Source: Rickettsiales bacterium (lineage in GTDB: Bacteria; Pseudomonadota; Alphaproteobacteria; Rs-D84). From it: 64,000 nt of DNA. Shown here piece after piece: positions 9,230-19,200 of this stretch. The notes beneath the pieces are model-generated. The model worked only from the letters and a program-made list of their open reading frames with translations, searched no databases and had not been told where the DNA came from. Each line of letters begins with the position of its first letter. The first letter of the stretch is position 1. Location of the stretch: NCBI GenBank assembly GCA_031265235.1, contig JAISCX010000035.1:16839-80838 (forward strand), in the 5' to 3' direction. A program made the position numbers and the translations under genes.

Positions 9230-9802
9230 ATGAAGCTGTATCACGGAACAGATAAAGAGATTCAAGCAGGCGAATATTTAAATCCCCAAAAAAATTGGAT
9301 CGATGGGAAAGAAGAAAAAGAAAAGACGCATGCCGTTTTTGCAACCCCGCTGTTAAACTGGGCTCAGTGCTTTGCTTTTTGCAGGGCTGTGGAGAAAGGC
9401 CTATGCAAAATAAGCCCTATGGATACAGGATTTTTAATCGTATCAAACAACTGCTTGCCGTTTGACGATGCAAAAGATACAAAAATATTTGTATATGAAT
9501 TGCCGACCAAAGGATTTGCACGTTCTAATCCGGAAAAGAAAGGCGGCGTTGAAGAATATATTTCGCACGGTCCTGTAAAAGTTATGCAAACGGTTGCCGA
9601 AACAACGGTTGGGGAATTATTAAAGTCAGGTTATATAAAATTATATACTGTTCCGGACGAAATAATGAAGCAGACGTGGGGTAATAAAAACATAAAAGCA
9701 GCAGATATAATAAATAATCCGGAATACAATGCGCAAATTTATTATGACTTTAACAAGGCATTATTTATGCAGCAAGCAGTTATGATTAAAGACCGAATAT
9801 AA
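9230..9802 (+). CDS. hypothetical protein (divergent from the NUDIX gene)
   Basis: The start MKLYHGTDKE is preceded by a GAGGAG RBS. No confident domain assignment. Confidence 0.5.
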   Translation: MKLYHGTDKEIQAGEYLNPQKNWIDGKEEKEKTHAVFATPLLNWAQCFAFCRAVEKGLCKISPMDTGFLIVSNNCLPFDDAKDTKIFVYELPTKGFARSNPEKKGGVEEYISHGPVKVMQTVAETTVGELLKSGYIKLYTVPDEIMKQTWGNKNIKAADIINNPEYNAQIYYDFNKALFMQQAVMIKDRI

Positions 9803-9834
9803 TCGGTTTATCAAAAAGTCCGATAATTTGTGAA

Positions 9835-9862
9835 AAAGCCCCGTCACGCGGGGCTTTTTTTT
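9835..9862. terminator. bidirectional rho-independent terminator
   Basis: aaaagccccgtcacgcggggctttttttt lies between convergent genes. Confidence 0.6.
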
Positions 9863-9880
9863 AACCAGCAGGGATCGTCC

Positions 9881-10558
9881 CTAGAATGCATAGCGCACGC
9901 CGATGTTGACTTCATGCGAAGACAAATCCATTAACAGTTTTTGAAAGTTGTCGAACCCCTGGATCGTTGCCAAACCATTCACAGTGCCGAAATTTGTATA
10001 GCGATACCCCAGGTCGACCGCTATGTTTGCGCAGATGTCATAAGACACGCCCGCGCCCACGTTCCAGACGATGGTGTTCGTCGAATCTTTGCCGTACAAC
10101 TTTTGCCATGTGCCAAAGCTCTCGGAAACATAGCTGATATGGGCCAGACCGAATCCCGCGCCAACATAAGGCTTGAATGCGGTGCCGGTATCGAAATCGT
10201 AATAGCCATTTACCGCAAAGGTATTCGTTTTGATGTCATTGGCGGCAAAGTTGTCCAATGCGTCAATAAAATAATTGTTCGTGCTGATTTTCGCGTTCCA
10301 TCCCCATTCCAGTTCCGCGCGCAGCGCGCCGGAAATTACGGAAATCGGGGCCGTCGTCAGGCCGACCGCCAGGCGATTGCCGAACACGTTGTCCTTTTCA
10401 TTGGCTTCTTTATTGTGATAAGCCAGCACGATGACATCGGCATTGGAAACGCTGGCGAAACTATAAGAAACTTTTTCCGACACGTATGGGTTTACCTGGG
10501 CGGCGTTTGCGCTGACGGCGGCCAGAATGGCCGCAGATGCCAAGACAAGTTTTTTCAT
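9881..10558 (-). CDS. outer-membrane beta-barrel protein (Omp25/Omp31/OmpA-like porin family)
   Basis: Signal peptide MKKLVLASAAILAAVSANA, alternating beta-strand pattern and a C-terminal ...GVRYAF aromatic terminus. An AAAGGAAAA RBS precedes the ATG. Confidence 0.75.
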   Translation of the reverse strand: MKKLVLASAAILAAVSANAAQVNPYVSEKVSYSFASVSNADVIVLAYHNKEANEKDNVFGNRLAVGLTTAPISVISGALRAELEWGWNAKISTNNYFIDALDNFAANDIKTNTFAVNGYYDFDTGTAFKPYVGAGFGLAHISYVSESFGTWQKLYGKDSTNTIVWNVGAGVSYDICANIAVDLGYRYTNFGTVNGLATIQGFDNFQKLLMDLSSHEVNIGVRYAF

Positions 10559-10779
10559 ATATTTTCCTTTTGGGTTATACACGCGATTTAAGCGTGTTAT
10601 TATTTTAATGCAAATTTAGGAAAAAAATCAAGTGATAGACAGAACCAATCCAAATAATTCCTATTGTCGTTGCAAGGTAACTATTTCATTAATATTTTAC
10701 TGCTGTTCTGCTTTTTTATAATATCGAACGATGTCTTCTGCATGGGCGGTATTGTATCGCACAACGCCGTCAAAATAAC

Positions 10780-11226
10780 TTAGATTTTCCCACGCTGTCT
10801 TTCAGCATAATGGTATTTTCTAGAAAGTTTTTCCCGCTCGTACAACAGGCCGATTGGAACGCCGTTCACTTTCTCTATCGACAGATAATGGACGCGCATG
10901 TTCCTGGCCCTGAACGGAATATCGCGGTGTCTGGCAAAACGAATATCATAAATCGTCACCGAGTCATCGACATTGATGACATCTATGTATCGCATATGCA
11001 TGCCCAAATTCGTCTTGTACATCCAGTCGTTCTTGTAAAAATCTATCACGTAATCCGGAATCGTGTCGCCGGGAACGGTGCTGACATAAACCTTGCCTTC
11101 ATTTTTCAAAAGCACCTTGCCATTATAAAAGCCGGTATGCTTGTCGTCCGTGCCGCCTTTGCAGGAAAGAAACATCAATGGCGCCGCGACCAAAGACAGC
11201 AGTAAAGATTTGTAAATCGTTTTCAT
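10780..11226 (-). CDS. hypothetical lipoprotein
   Basis: Signal MKTIYKSLLLSLVAAPLMFLSC with a lipobox LSC. Confidence 0.55.
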   Translation of the reverse strand: MKTIYKSLLLSLVAAPLMFLSCKGGTDDKHTGFYNGKVLLKNEGKVYVSTVPGDTIPDYVIDFYKNDWMYKTNLGMHMRYIDVINVDDSVTIYDIRFARHRDIPFRARNMRVHYLSIEKVNGVPIGLLYEREKLSRKYHYAERQRGKI

Positions 11227-11324
11227 ATATTATCGCCTGCTTTTGTATTCTCTCTGCCGGGATTATAGTGCGCCACCGCATAAAATCAACAGAAAACAAC
11301 CGCCGGTATCGGGCCGTGAAAGTA

Positions 11325-11354
11325 TTGATTTCAACATCAGAAATATGTTATAAT
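11325..11354 (+). promoter_or_regulatory. sigma70-like promoter (TTGATT-18-TATAAT) upstream of SSR-containing locus
   Basis: ttgatt at 11325-11330 and tataat at 11349-11354. Confidence 0.4.
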
Positions 11355-11425
11355 TTATCCAAAGCAGCAGAGCGGAGCGGGGCAGAAAATGATATATTCT
11401 AACAAAATGCAATCGGAACGCGAAT

Positions 11426-11965
<540 letters not shown>

Positions 11966-12015
11966 TTGGGATTCCAGCCCAGGCCCGGAATGACACGGTA
12001 AGAAAGAAGGATATG

Positions 12016-13164
12016 TTTATGAAAAAACTATTGGCCGTCAGCTGTTTTCTATGGGCTTTGCCCGCATTGGCGGCGGACCCGGCTTTTACCAATCTATCGG
12101 TCAAAAATCGTATTCTGAATATCATTGGTTCTGATTTTCCTTATTCGCCGATTTCATCGTATGTTACAAGCGACCGCCTTTTGCATTTGGACGCTATTGA
12201 CAACACAGGCGCCGGCGATATGAATCATTCATATGCCACGACCACTTGGACCGATTTGTCCGGCAACGCCAACAATATTTCAGGTATGGTCGGAATCCTG
12301 AATTGGTCTGTGCAAAGTCTGAAAATCGGCGGCAGCGACGGGATTATTTACGCGCCGACAATCAAACTGCAACCGCAATACGACGATGGCAAAACTCTCA
12401 CAAAAATGACTTACGAGTATATTTTCAGTGGAAATTCGTATATCGCAAATGCAGGAATAAACAGTATTGACACCGACCCCTTTGACAAAAGCATCAACAA
12501 TTGTTTCTGGAAACAAACGTCCAATTCCGGCGGCAATATTACTTGGCAATGGACGGACAAGGGAAATATCCGCCGGGCAACCGTATCTATTCCGGATGAT
12601 GGAAAAATTCACGCGGTATCGGTAAGTCTTGATATGACGGTGCAGACCAACGGATTATTAAAGTTTTATGTAGACGGGGTCTATCAAACCAGCGCTTCCA
12701 CCAATAGCAACACCGGATATTCCAGCGGATTTACTTTGGGCAGAAGTTTCCAAGACGATTTTCCCGCCCCGAACGTAAAGCTGCACAGTGTCAGAATTTA
12801 TAATACAAATCTGACCGACGCCCAATTGATGAATAATTTTACAGTGGATTCTATACGGTTTCTGGCCCCGCCGGTAATAAAAATCGGAAATGCCGTTTGC
12901 GGCGAAGTTTCTGTTTTATCATCCGGCGCGATAAGTTGCATGGTGCCGGCATCCGTTGTGGCCGGCGAGTACGAGGTTACTTATACCGAAAACGGAACAG
13001 TGTTTACGGTCGGAAAATGCACTTATGACGGGCAGAATTGCATAGATGTGAATTTTAATTATAGCAACATTGCAAAGTCCGGAAAGCTGATGAAAGCAAT
13101 TTATCGTGGCGGCAGCAAAGTCAAGGCGGTGTTCAAAAACGGGGTCCAAATATTTTCTGAATAA
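12016..13164 (+). CDS. secreted LamG/concanavalin-A-like lectin domain protein
   Basis: Signal MFMKKLLAVSCFLWALPALA with an AAGAAGGA RBS. The block FTLGRSF...KLHSVRIYNTNLTDAQL is typical of LamG jelly-roll domains. Confidence 0.6.
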   Translation, partial: FMKKLLAVSCFLWALPALAADPAFTNLSVKNRILNIIGSDFPYSPISSYVTSDRLLHLDAIDNTGAGDMNHSYATTTWTDLSGNANNISGMVGILNWSVQSLKIGGSDGIIYAPTIKLQPQYDDGKTLTKMTYEYIFSGNSYIANAGINSIDTDPFDKSINNCFWKQTSNSGGNITWQWTDKGNIRRATVSIPDDGKIHAVSVSLDMTVQTNGLLKFYVDGVYQTSASTNSNTGYSSGFTLGRSFQDDFPAPNVKLHSVRIYNTNLTDAQLMNNFTVDSIRFLAPPVIKIGNAVCGEVSVLSSGAISCMVPASVVAGEYEVTYTENGTVFTVGKCTYDGQNCIDVNFNYSNIAKSGKLMKAIYRGGSKVKAVFKNGVQIFSE

Positions 13165-13230
13165 AGGAAAAATTTATAGGGGCTGTCTATGCGCAATGGA
13201 AAGTGGCCGCATCCGGGTCTGGAAAAAAGA

Positions 13231-13258
13231 TTGATTTTTGCGCGCGGGTCTGTATAAT
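13231..13258 (+). promoter_or_regulatory. sigma70-like promoter for tRNA-Thr (TTGATT-16-TATAAT)
   Basis: ttgatt at 13231-13236 and tataat at 13253-13258, about 12 nt before the tRNA 5' end. Confidence 0.5.
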
Positions 13259-13269
13259 GGCCCCCAACA

Positions 13270-13343
13270 GCCCGCATAGTATAATGGTAGAACAGGTCCT
13301 TGGTAAGGACCAGGCGCAAGTCCGATTCTTGCTGCGGGCACCA
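13270..13343 (+). tRNA. tRNA-Thr (anticodon GGT)
   Basis: Acceptor stem GCCCGCA/TGCGGGC, anticodon stem GGTCC/GGACC with loop TTGGTAA and T-arm GCAAG-TCCGATT-CTTGC. Discriminator A and an encoded CCA. One A-A mismatch in the D stem. Confidence 0.85.
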
Positions 13344-13396
13344 TGATTTCTGCCGAATATACATTCCAAATTTACAAAAAATTTATGAAAATCAAC

Positions 13397-13424
13397 TTGA
13401 TTTTTGATTTCCGTCGTATATAAT
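13397..13424 (+). promoter_or_regulatory. sigma70-like promoter for aspS leader (TTGATT-16-TATAAT)
   Basis: ttgatt at 13397-13402 and tataat at 13419-13424. Confidence 0.45.
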
Positions 13425-13436
13425 TGGCATTACAAA

Positions 13437-13655
13437 GCCGGCGAGGTGCAAACAACACTTAGGCGAAAGAAGAACGGCGCATTGCGCGCTTATTAGAACT
13501 TTCCGGGGATGCCCGTTACAGCAGAGAATTTCTTTAATGGTGGTCAATCCAGCGAGAGATAAAGGCGGCAATGGCGACATTATCGCAAAGCAAGGTGGCA
13601 CCGCGTCGCTATCAGACGCCCTTGCATAATGATTTTTCAGACAAAGGATGCCAAA
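13437..13655 (+). promoter_or_regulatory. candidate T-box leader of aspS (~220-nt 5' UTR)
   Basis: AAGCAAGGTGGCACCGCG (13588-13605) matches the T-box consensus AANNNGGGUGGNACCGCG with a UGGC bulge. CCGTTA, an F-box-like element, lies at 13513-18. A possible antiterminator is GCAAGG[UGGCACC]GCGUC-loop-GACGCCCUUGC. Confidence 0.4.
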
Positions 13656-15407
13656 ATGAAGCCAAATATTTACAGATCCCACACCTGCGGCGAATTGTCC
13701 GCAAATGACGTCGGCACATCCGTGAAGCTTTCCGGATGGGTGCACCGCAAGCGCGACCATGGCGGGCTGGTGTTCGTGGATCTGCGCGACAATTACGGGA
13801 TCACCCAGATTGTTTTCGACAACGACGAGGAAATTGAAAAGGTTCGCCCGGAATCCGTAATAATGGTTTCCGGCAAAGTGATCGCGCGCGGGGCAAAGGA
13901 AACAAACCCGAAAATTTCAACCGGCGAAATCGAAGTGGCGGCGAAAGAATGGAATGTTCTGACCAGCGCGGATGTTCTGCCGATCCAGGTATTTGAAAGC
14001 GACGAACTGGCGGCGGAAGAATTGCGGCTTAGATACCGCTATATCGACTTGCGCCGCAAATCGCTGCACGACAATATATTATTTCGCAACAAAGTCATAA
14101 AATTTATGCGCGACAAGATGTGGGATTTGGGATTCTCGGAATTCCAGACACCCGTTCTGACGGTATCGTCGCCGGAAGGGGCCCGCGATTTTCTGGTGCC
14201 CAGCCGCTTTCATCACGGATGTTTTTATGCGCTGCCGCAATCGCCGCAGCAATTCAAGCAGCTTTTGCAGATATCGGGATTCGACCGGTATTTCCAGGTC
14301 GCCCCGTGTTTTCGCGATGAAGATTTGCGCAGCGACAGGCTGTTGGAGCATTATCAGCTTGATTTCGAAATGTCTTTCGTCGAATCCAAAGATATTCAGG
14401 CGGTCGGCAATGCGGTAATTTCCGCCGTGATAAAAGAATTTGTTCCGAATGCGAAGTTTTGTGATGAAATCCCGAATATCACGTATGCCGAAGCGCAATT
14501 AAAATACGGAACGGACAAGCCGGATCTGCGCAACCCGATAATCATTTCGGACGTGTCCGACATATTCCGGGACAGCGAATTCGGGATTTTTGCGGACGCT
14601 GTGAAAAACGGGTCCGCCGTCAGGGCGATACCTGCGCCCAAAACGGCGGACAAGCCGCGGTCCTGGTTTGATAAAACCGAATCTTTTGCCAAGGACGAAT
14701 TAAAGCTGGCCGGTCTGGGATATATTGTCTTTGCCGAAGAAGCCAAAGGGCCCGTCGCAAAAAAGCTGGACGTCGCGCGAATTGAAAAAATACGGGAAAT
14801 CTGCGGTCTGGCGACGGGCGATTCCGTGTTCTTTGTTTGCGACAATGAATCCGCCGCCGCCAAAGCGGCCGGCAGACTGCGCACGCGATTCGGCAACGAT
14901 CTGGGTCTGGTTGATCCCGATGAATTCAAAATGTGCTGGATAGATGATTTCCCGATGTATGAGCAGAACGAGGAAACCGGAACCATAGATTTCGGACACA
15001 ATCCGTTCACAATGCCAAAGTCGTCGCTTGACGGGGACCCGCTGAAAATCGTCGCGCATCAGTTTGACTGTGTCATGAACGGGATGGAACTGTGTTCCGG
15101 CGGTCTGCGCAATTACAATCCTGAAACGATGATAAAGGCGTTCGCAATAGCCGGATACGACGAGGACGAGGTCAAGAAAAAATTCGGCGGAATGTGGAGC
15201 GCGTTTCAATACGGCGCCCCGCCGCACGGCGGCTGTGGCTTTGGGATAGACCGGATCGTTATGATCGCCTTGAAAGAGCCAAGCATGCGCGAAGTCGTCG
15301 CATTTCCGACAAACCAGCGGGGCCAGGATCTGATGATGGGCAGCCCGGCGCCCGTGTCGGAACAGCAGCTGCGCGAAGTGCATATACAGGTTCGAAAGAA
15401 AAGCTAA
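13656..15407 (+). CDS. aspS: aspartyl-tRNA synthetase
   Basis: Start MKPNIYRSHTCGEL. Class II motifs include FRDEDLRSDRLLEHYQLDFEMSF and GGCGFGIDRIVM. Confidence 0.95.
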   Translation: MKPNIYRSHTCGELSANDVGTSVKLSGWVHRKRDHGGLVFVDLRDNYGITQIVFDNDEEIEKVRPESVIMVSGKVIARGAKETNPKISTGEIEVAAKEWNVLTSADVLPIQVFESDELAAEELRLRYRYIDLRRKSLHDNILFRNKVIKFMRDKMWDLGFSEFQTPVLTVSSPEGARDFLVPSRFHHGCFYALPQSPQQFKQLLQISGFDRYFQVAPCFRDEDLRSDRLLEHYQLDFEMSFVESKDIQAVGNAVISAVIKEFVPNAKFCDEIPNITYAEAQLKYGTDKPDLRNPIIISDVSDIFRDSEFGIFADAVKNGSAVRAIPAPKTADKPRSWFDKTESFAKDELKLAGLGYIVFAEEAKGPVAKKLDVARIEKIREICGLATGDSVFFVCDNESAAAKAAGRLRTRFGNDLGLVDPDEFKMCWIDDFPMYEQNEETGTIDFGHNPFTMPKSSLDGDPLKIVAHQFDCVMNGMELCSGGLRNYNPETMIKAFAIAGYDEDEVKKKFGGMWSAFQYGAPPHGGCGFGIDRIVMIALKEPSMREVVAFPTNQRGQDLMMGSPAPVSEQQLREVHIQVRKKS

Positions 15408-15631
15408 TTGCGTTTGCGTGATAATGCGTCAAATCGACGCAAAGACGGCCCCTCGTGTATTTCAATACACGTCGGGCCCGTTTTCATGCCACCTTGCCGC
15501 ATTCTGACGCAAACGCGTCATTTGTATGGTGTATTTTTTCATACTTGTATTTTTAACATATTCGGCATATAATCCAATCGGAATTTAACATTCCGGCAAC
15601 GGGGCCTGATAACCCTTAATACAATGAAATA

Positions 15632-15738
15632 CCCTGCCTAGGGCGGGAGAATGGCGAAATATCCAATACGCCATGCCATTTCCATTGTGTTAGTGGTATC
15701 AGTCTCCCGCCATCTTTTTCAAAGATGGTTTTTTTAAC
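15632..15738 (+). ncRNA. sRNA candidate 1 (stem-enclosed, ends in intrinsic terminator)
   Basis: GGGCGGGAGA...TCTCCCGCC is a long-range stem. The terminator is ccatcttt-ttc-aaagatgg followed by T7. Confidence 0.35.
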
Positions 15739-15745
15739 AAAAAAC

Positions 15746-15845
15746 TTGGGCAGGAGGCCGATGAAATATGTTGAATACATCGGGCTACGATCTTGGTAGA
15801 TTGAACCTCCTGCCACTTTTGATTTTCAAAGGTGGTTTTTTATAT
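15746..15845 (+). ncRNA. sRNA candidate 2 (paralogue of candidate 1, ends in intrinsic terminator)
   Basis: GGGCAGGAGG...CCTCCTGCC is the enclosing stem. It shares the GAAATAT...AATAC core with candidate 1. The terminator is ccacttttg-atttt-caaaggtgg followed by T6. Confidence 0.35.
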
Positions 15846-15863
15846 AACCCAAGGAAGGATTAA

Positions 15864-16034
15864 ATGTTTACAAAATTTGCAACATATAAAGAAGTCAGGG
15901 AAATGGTTGAAAACAATCTGCAAAATGATATTGCAATAGACTTTATCATGAAATATATTTTTGAGACCAGAAAAAGAATTAAAAATCTTTTAAAAGAATT
16001 GGAATCTTTGAAAGACCCAGAAAAAATCGATTAG
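15864..16034 (+). CDS. small hypothetical protein (56 aa; below ORF-track cutoff)
   Basis: ATG at 15864 preceded by an AAGGAAGG RBS at a spacing of 5 nt. Translation MFTKFATYKEVREMVENNLQ...KDPEKID. Confidence 0.4.
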   Translation: MFTKFATYKEVREMVENNLQNDIAIDFIMKYIFETRKRIKNLLKELESLKDPEKID

Positions 16035-16134
16035 AACGATGCGAATGCGGTTTTAATTTTTTCCTAGGGAGTCATTCTCATTCATATTGCGGCCATGGTT
16101 TTGTATCATTTCCAATAAGAGAAGAGGGAGAATG

Positions 16135-16503
16135 CATATGAACAAAGCCCGGCTGGAAAAGATTTCAGAACATTTGCGGCTGTCGCCTTATCAGACGTAT
16201 ATTCTGTCCATGAACATGCAGAAATACAAGATGGACAGGCTGGTCAAGCGCGGCGATGTTTTATATGCGCCTTATCGATGCTCGCTGCCGCGCGGAATGC
16301 GCGATTATTTTTCCAAACTGTTCCTGGGCCCGCGGGCGGACCTGATTGGTGCCGATAGAATGCTGGTAATCGGCCGCCGCGGAATAAGACTGTATCCGAC
16401 CGGGTTTTACAAAGCGTGCGACAATACCGGCCGTTCTTACTATGCCGATTCAATGGGACAAAAAATAGAGAGAAGTTTGTTCGAAGATATTCTTGGATTA
16501 TAG
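16135..16503 (+). CDS. hypothetical protein
   Basis: ORF taken from MHMNKARLEK; a longer version starts at 16087. No domain recognised. Confidence 0.45.
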   Translation, partial: HMNKARLEKISEHLRLSPYQTYILSMNMQKYKMDRLVKRGDVLYAPYRCSLPRGMRDYFSKLFLGPRADLIGADRMLVIGRRGIRLYPTGFYKACDNTGRSYYADSMGQKIERSLFEDILGL

Positions 16504-16518
16504 CTGGCGGCGGAATTG

Positions 16519-19149
16519 TTAAAACTTGTCATGCGTCTTAACAAATTCCCGCATGTAATCCGGATCCAGGGTCAGCATTATTTCAGACAGCGAATAATCG
16601 CGTTCGCCGTCCCGGGATATGTCAAGCGAGATCGGCAGCGGCTTTGGCGACGTCGCGCGAAGCAAGACTTGCAATTGCGCCGCCATCTTTCCGTTCCGTA
16701 CCTGCAATTTTCCGGTTATTTCCGAATGCCGCGCGGACGCGGACAAAGGCACGGTTGTCTGGAATCCGCCGTTTTCATACCGTCCGGCAAGATGAAGTGA
16801 TTTTAGCTTTGTCGTCCCGCCGGACAGCGCGTCGGAAATCGCATATTCCGCATTCATCTTGGTTATGTTTTTCGCGTTCGCGTAAAATCTGTCTATGTCG
16901 AATCCGACCAGTGTTCCGCCGTCAAAGGCCAGGTCCAGGCTGCCCGACATATTCGCCCAGAAATCATATGCCGTGATCCCGTGTGTTGCAAGCTCTGCCT
17001 GGGCGGTCAGCACCGTGTCCGCGACATTCAGCGGCGATCTTGACGGCAGCACCAGTCCCATAATCTCGAAACGGTTCGATTGGACCAGCAAATTGTATTT
17101 TGTCGATTTCTTGTCGATAGACAATAACACCGAACCGCGCGCGGCGTCCGTCACGGACATCTTTTGACTTTCAGGTTTCAGGGAATAGTTGAAATTATCA
17201 TAAACCTCGTTCCCGAATTTTATCCGGTCCGCGGACATGGTCAGATTCATGCCAAGCAGGAACGGAAATGTCAAAGGCTCGGCCGATACGTATCTGGCGG
17301 ATTCGTATTGTTCGATATAATTCCGATCTATCAATTCGTCCATATCCAAAATGTCCGCATGCAGGTCGAATTTTCTGCCATCGAATTTTCCTGAAAATTC
17401 CGCGGCATGATCCCCCGTAATCGTTATGTTTATATCCGGAATATATCCTGATTTATAATGCCCGGTAACAGACATGGGCAGTTCCGCGCGTAAAAACTTT
17501 GCATCCAGATTTGGATAATACAAAGACAGCAGATAACGCGCGTCGATGTAAAACCGCACAAGTTCCTGGTCGTCAATGCCGACCGACCATTGATTTTTTC
17601 TGCCGTTATGCAGAAAGTCCAATGACAGCAGCTTTCCATTTAAAATTCGCGCGTTTTCAACAACGCCGCGCGTTTTCATCAGATCTTTGGGCAAAAGTTT
17701 TAAAAAGTCATGCATTGCCGGCAGCGCGTTCAGCGTTGTGTCCGCATGGTTTGAATATTCTATATCCGTGTTTTTTCCGTCCAGTCTGACCGTTCCAATC
17801 ATGCCATTGGCAAGCCGGAATCCAATCGTTCCCTTGGGACAATCAAACAGGGTTGAAAACCTTTGGTTGAGGGTAGAGATATCGATAGATTCCGGATGCA
17901 AATTATCGGACGCGAATTGCATTTGGAATTCGTCCGGATTGACCGTCAGTGTTCCGCCGGCGGCGAAATCGGCGTTCGCATAATCCCAGCGGGCGCACGA
18001 CCAATCGCCGCGGCGGCCCGACAGAATGCAATGGATTGATTCGTTCGTCTCTCTGCGCCAAAATGATATGTCCAGATTTTCCGGCGATTCCTTTGCAATT
18101 CTTCCGAATGCGGACAATGAAAAATCCGGACCTTCCAAAACCATTTCCTTGACGGTTATCGTGTCGGAATCGGATGCGGTTTGAATTTTGATTCTGTTGA
18201 ATACTGGTTCGCGGCCCTTGTCGTTTCCGGTCGGGATCATGCCGGACATTGTAAGGCGTCCGTTCCCTGCAAAGTTTATTTCGGAATTATTTAGGAATTC
18301 CGGATGCTGATGCAGAAACGAAAAGTCATAATCCAGGTTGTCCGCAACGATGCTTATTTTTTTGCGTCCGCGTCCGAATTCTATGCCGCCCGCGAAATCG
18401 CCGTCGTCAAGCTCGCCTTTTATATTGGAAAATAAGAATATTCCGTCGCCCCACAGAAAGTCCGATTTGAATTTCACGCGCCCCTTGATTTTTGGAACGT
18501 CAAATTCAAACCATTTGTTTATATCGTCAGATTCAAGCGCCATTTCGCCGTATGCGGATATGTTGCCGTCGTCGTCCGACGCCAGTTGTCCCACGATATC
18601 CAGCTTTATGTTCGGGTTTGTTATGCGGAAATTGTCGCCGTCGGATTCCAAGGTATATTTATGTTCTTGCGTGCGCACGACCCCGTTGAATATTCCGTTC
18701 TTGAATACCCCGTCGATATGGTCATAAGTCTTGCCCGCGAACACAACGGATCCATTGCGGAATATAATGCGCGACTGAACACCGGCCGGCGCGGACAGGC
18801 TTGACAGGTTAAGCCGCGCGCCGTCAATGATAATCGTGCTGTTTATCGAAGCGGTGTTGATGTCATCCAGAGAGCGGAATGGAATATAAAAGGAAACGGA
18901 ATCGGCAAAGCCGTCGTATTCGGCGATCGCGACCTGGGTCGCGGTCAGTGTCGCGCGCCCCAGCAGGGACAGGCGGACATGCCCGCGTATATCGATATTG
19001 ATTCCGGTCTGGTTCCGGACGGCGGATTCTATCTGGGGTTTCAGTCTGTCAAAGTTGATAAGGGGCGGCACGCAGATCACGGCCAGCATGGCGGCCAGCA
19101 CCGCGCCGATTCCAAAATAGAAAAGCTTTCGCTTTGTTCTGGCCTTCAT
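16519..19149 (-). CDS. asmA: AsmA family outer-membrane assembly protein
   Basis: 876 aa with an N-terminal TM helix [33 protein letters not shown] followed by an AsmA-like N domain ([26 protein letters not shown]). Confidence 0.75.
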   Translation of the reverse strand: MKARTKRKLFYFGIGAVLAAMLAVICVPPLINFDRLKPQIESAVRNQTGINIDIRGHVRLSLLGRATLTATQVAIAEYDGFADSVSFYIPFRSLDDINTASINSTIIIDGARLNLSSLSAPAGVQSRIIFRNGSVVFAGKTYDHIDGVFKNGIFNGVVRTQEHKYTLESDGDNFRITNPNIKLDIVGQLASDDDGNISAYGEMALESDDINKWFEFDVPKIKGRVKFKSDFLWGDGIFLFSNIKGELDDGDFAGGIEFGRGRKKISIVADNLDYDFSFLHQHPEFLNNSEINFAGNGRLTMSGMIPTGNDKGREPVFNRIKIQTASDSDTITVKEMVLEGPDFSLSAFGRIAKESPENLDISFWRRETNESIHCILSGRRGDWSCARWDYANADFAAGGTLTVNPDEFQMQFASDNLHPESIDISTLNQRFSTLFDCPKGTIGFRLANGMIGTVRLDGKNTDIEYSNHADTTLNALPAMHDFLKLLPKDLMKTRGVVENARILNGKLLSLDFLHNGRKNQWSVGIDDQELVRFYIDARYLLSLYYPNLDAKFLRAELPMSVTGHYKSGYIPDINITITGDHAAEFSGKFDGRKFDLHADILDMDELIDRNYIEQYESARYVSAEPLTFPFLLGMNLTMSADRIKFGNEVYDNFNYSLKPESQKMSVTDAARGSVLLSIDKKSTKYNLLVQSNRFEIMGLVLPSRSPLNVADTVLTAQAELATHGITAYDFWANMSGSLDLAFDGGTLVGFDIDRFYANAKNITKMNAEYAISDALSGGTTKLKSLHLAGRYENGGFQTTVPLSASARHSEITGKLQVRNGKMAAQLQVLLRATSPKPLPISLDISRDGERDYSLSEIMLTLDPDYMREFVKTHDKF

Positions 19150-19200
19150 CTCTCACTTTCCCTTGAATGTATGATAAAATTTATTATATTAATATGCAAT

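Noticed and set aside
18979-19200. N-terminal extension of the uvrB ORF to 18979, and similar extensions at 23185, 58060, 13629, 8547-9167 and 27660-28487
   Set aside because: The extensions overlap the divergent upstream gene or lack an RBS. Conserved N-termini and RBSs support the internal starts that are reported.
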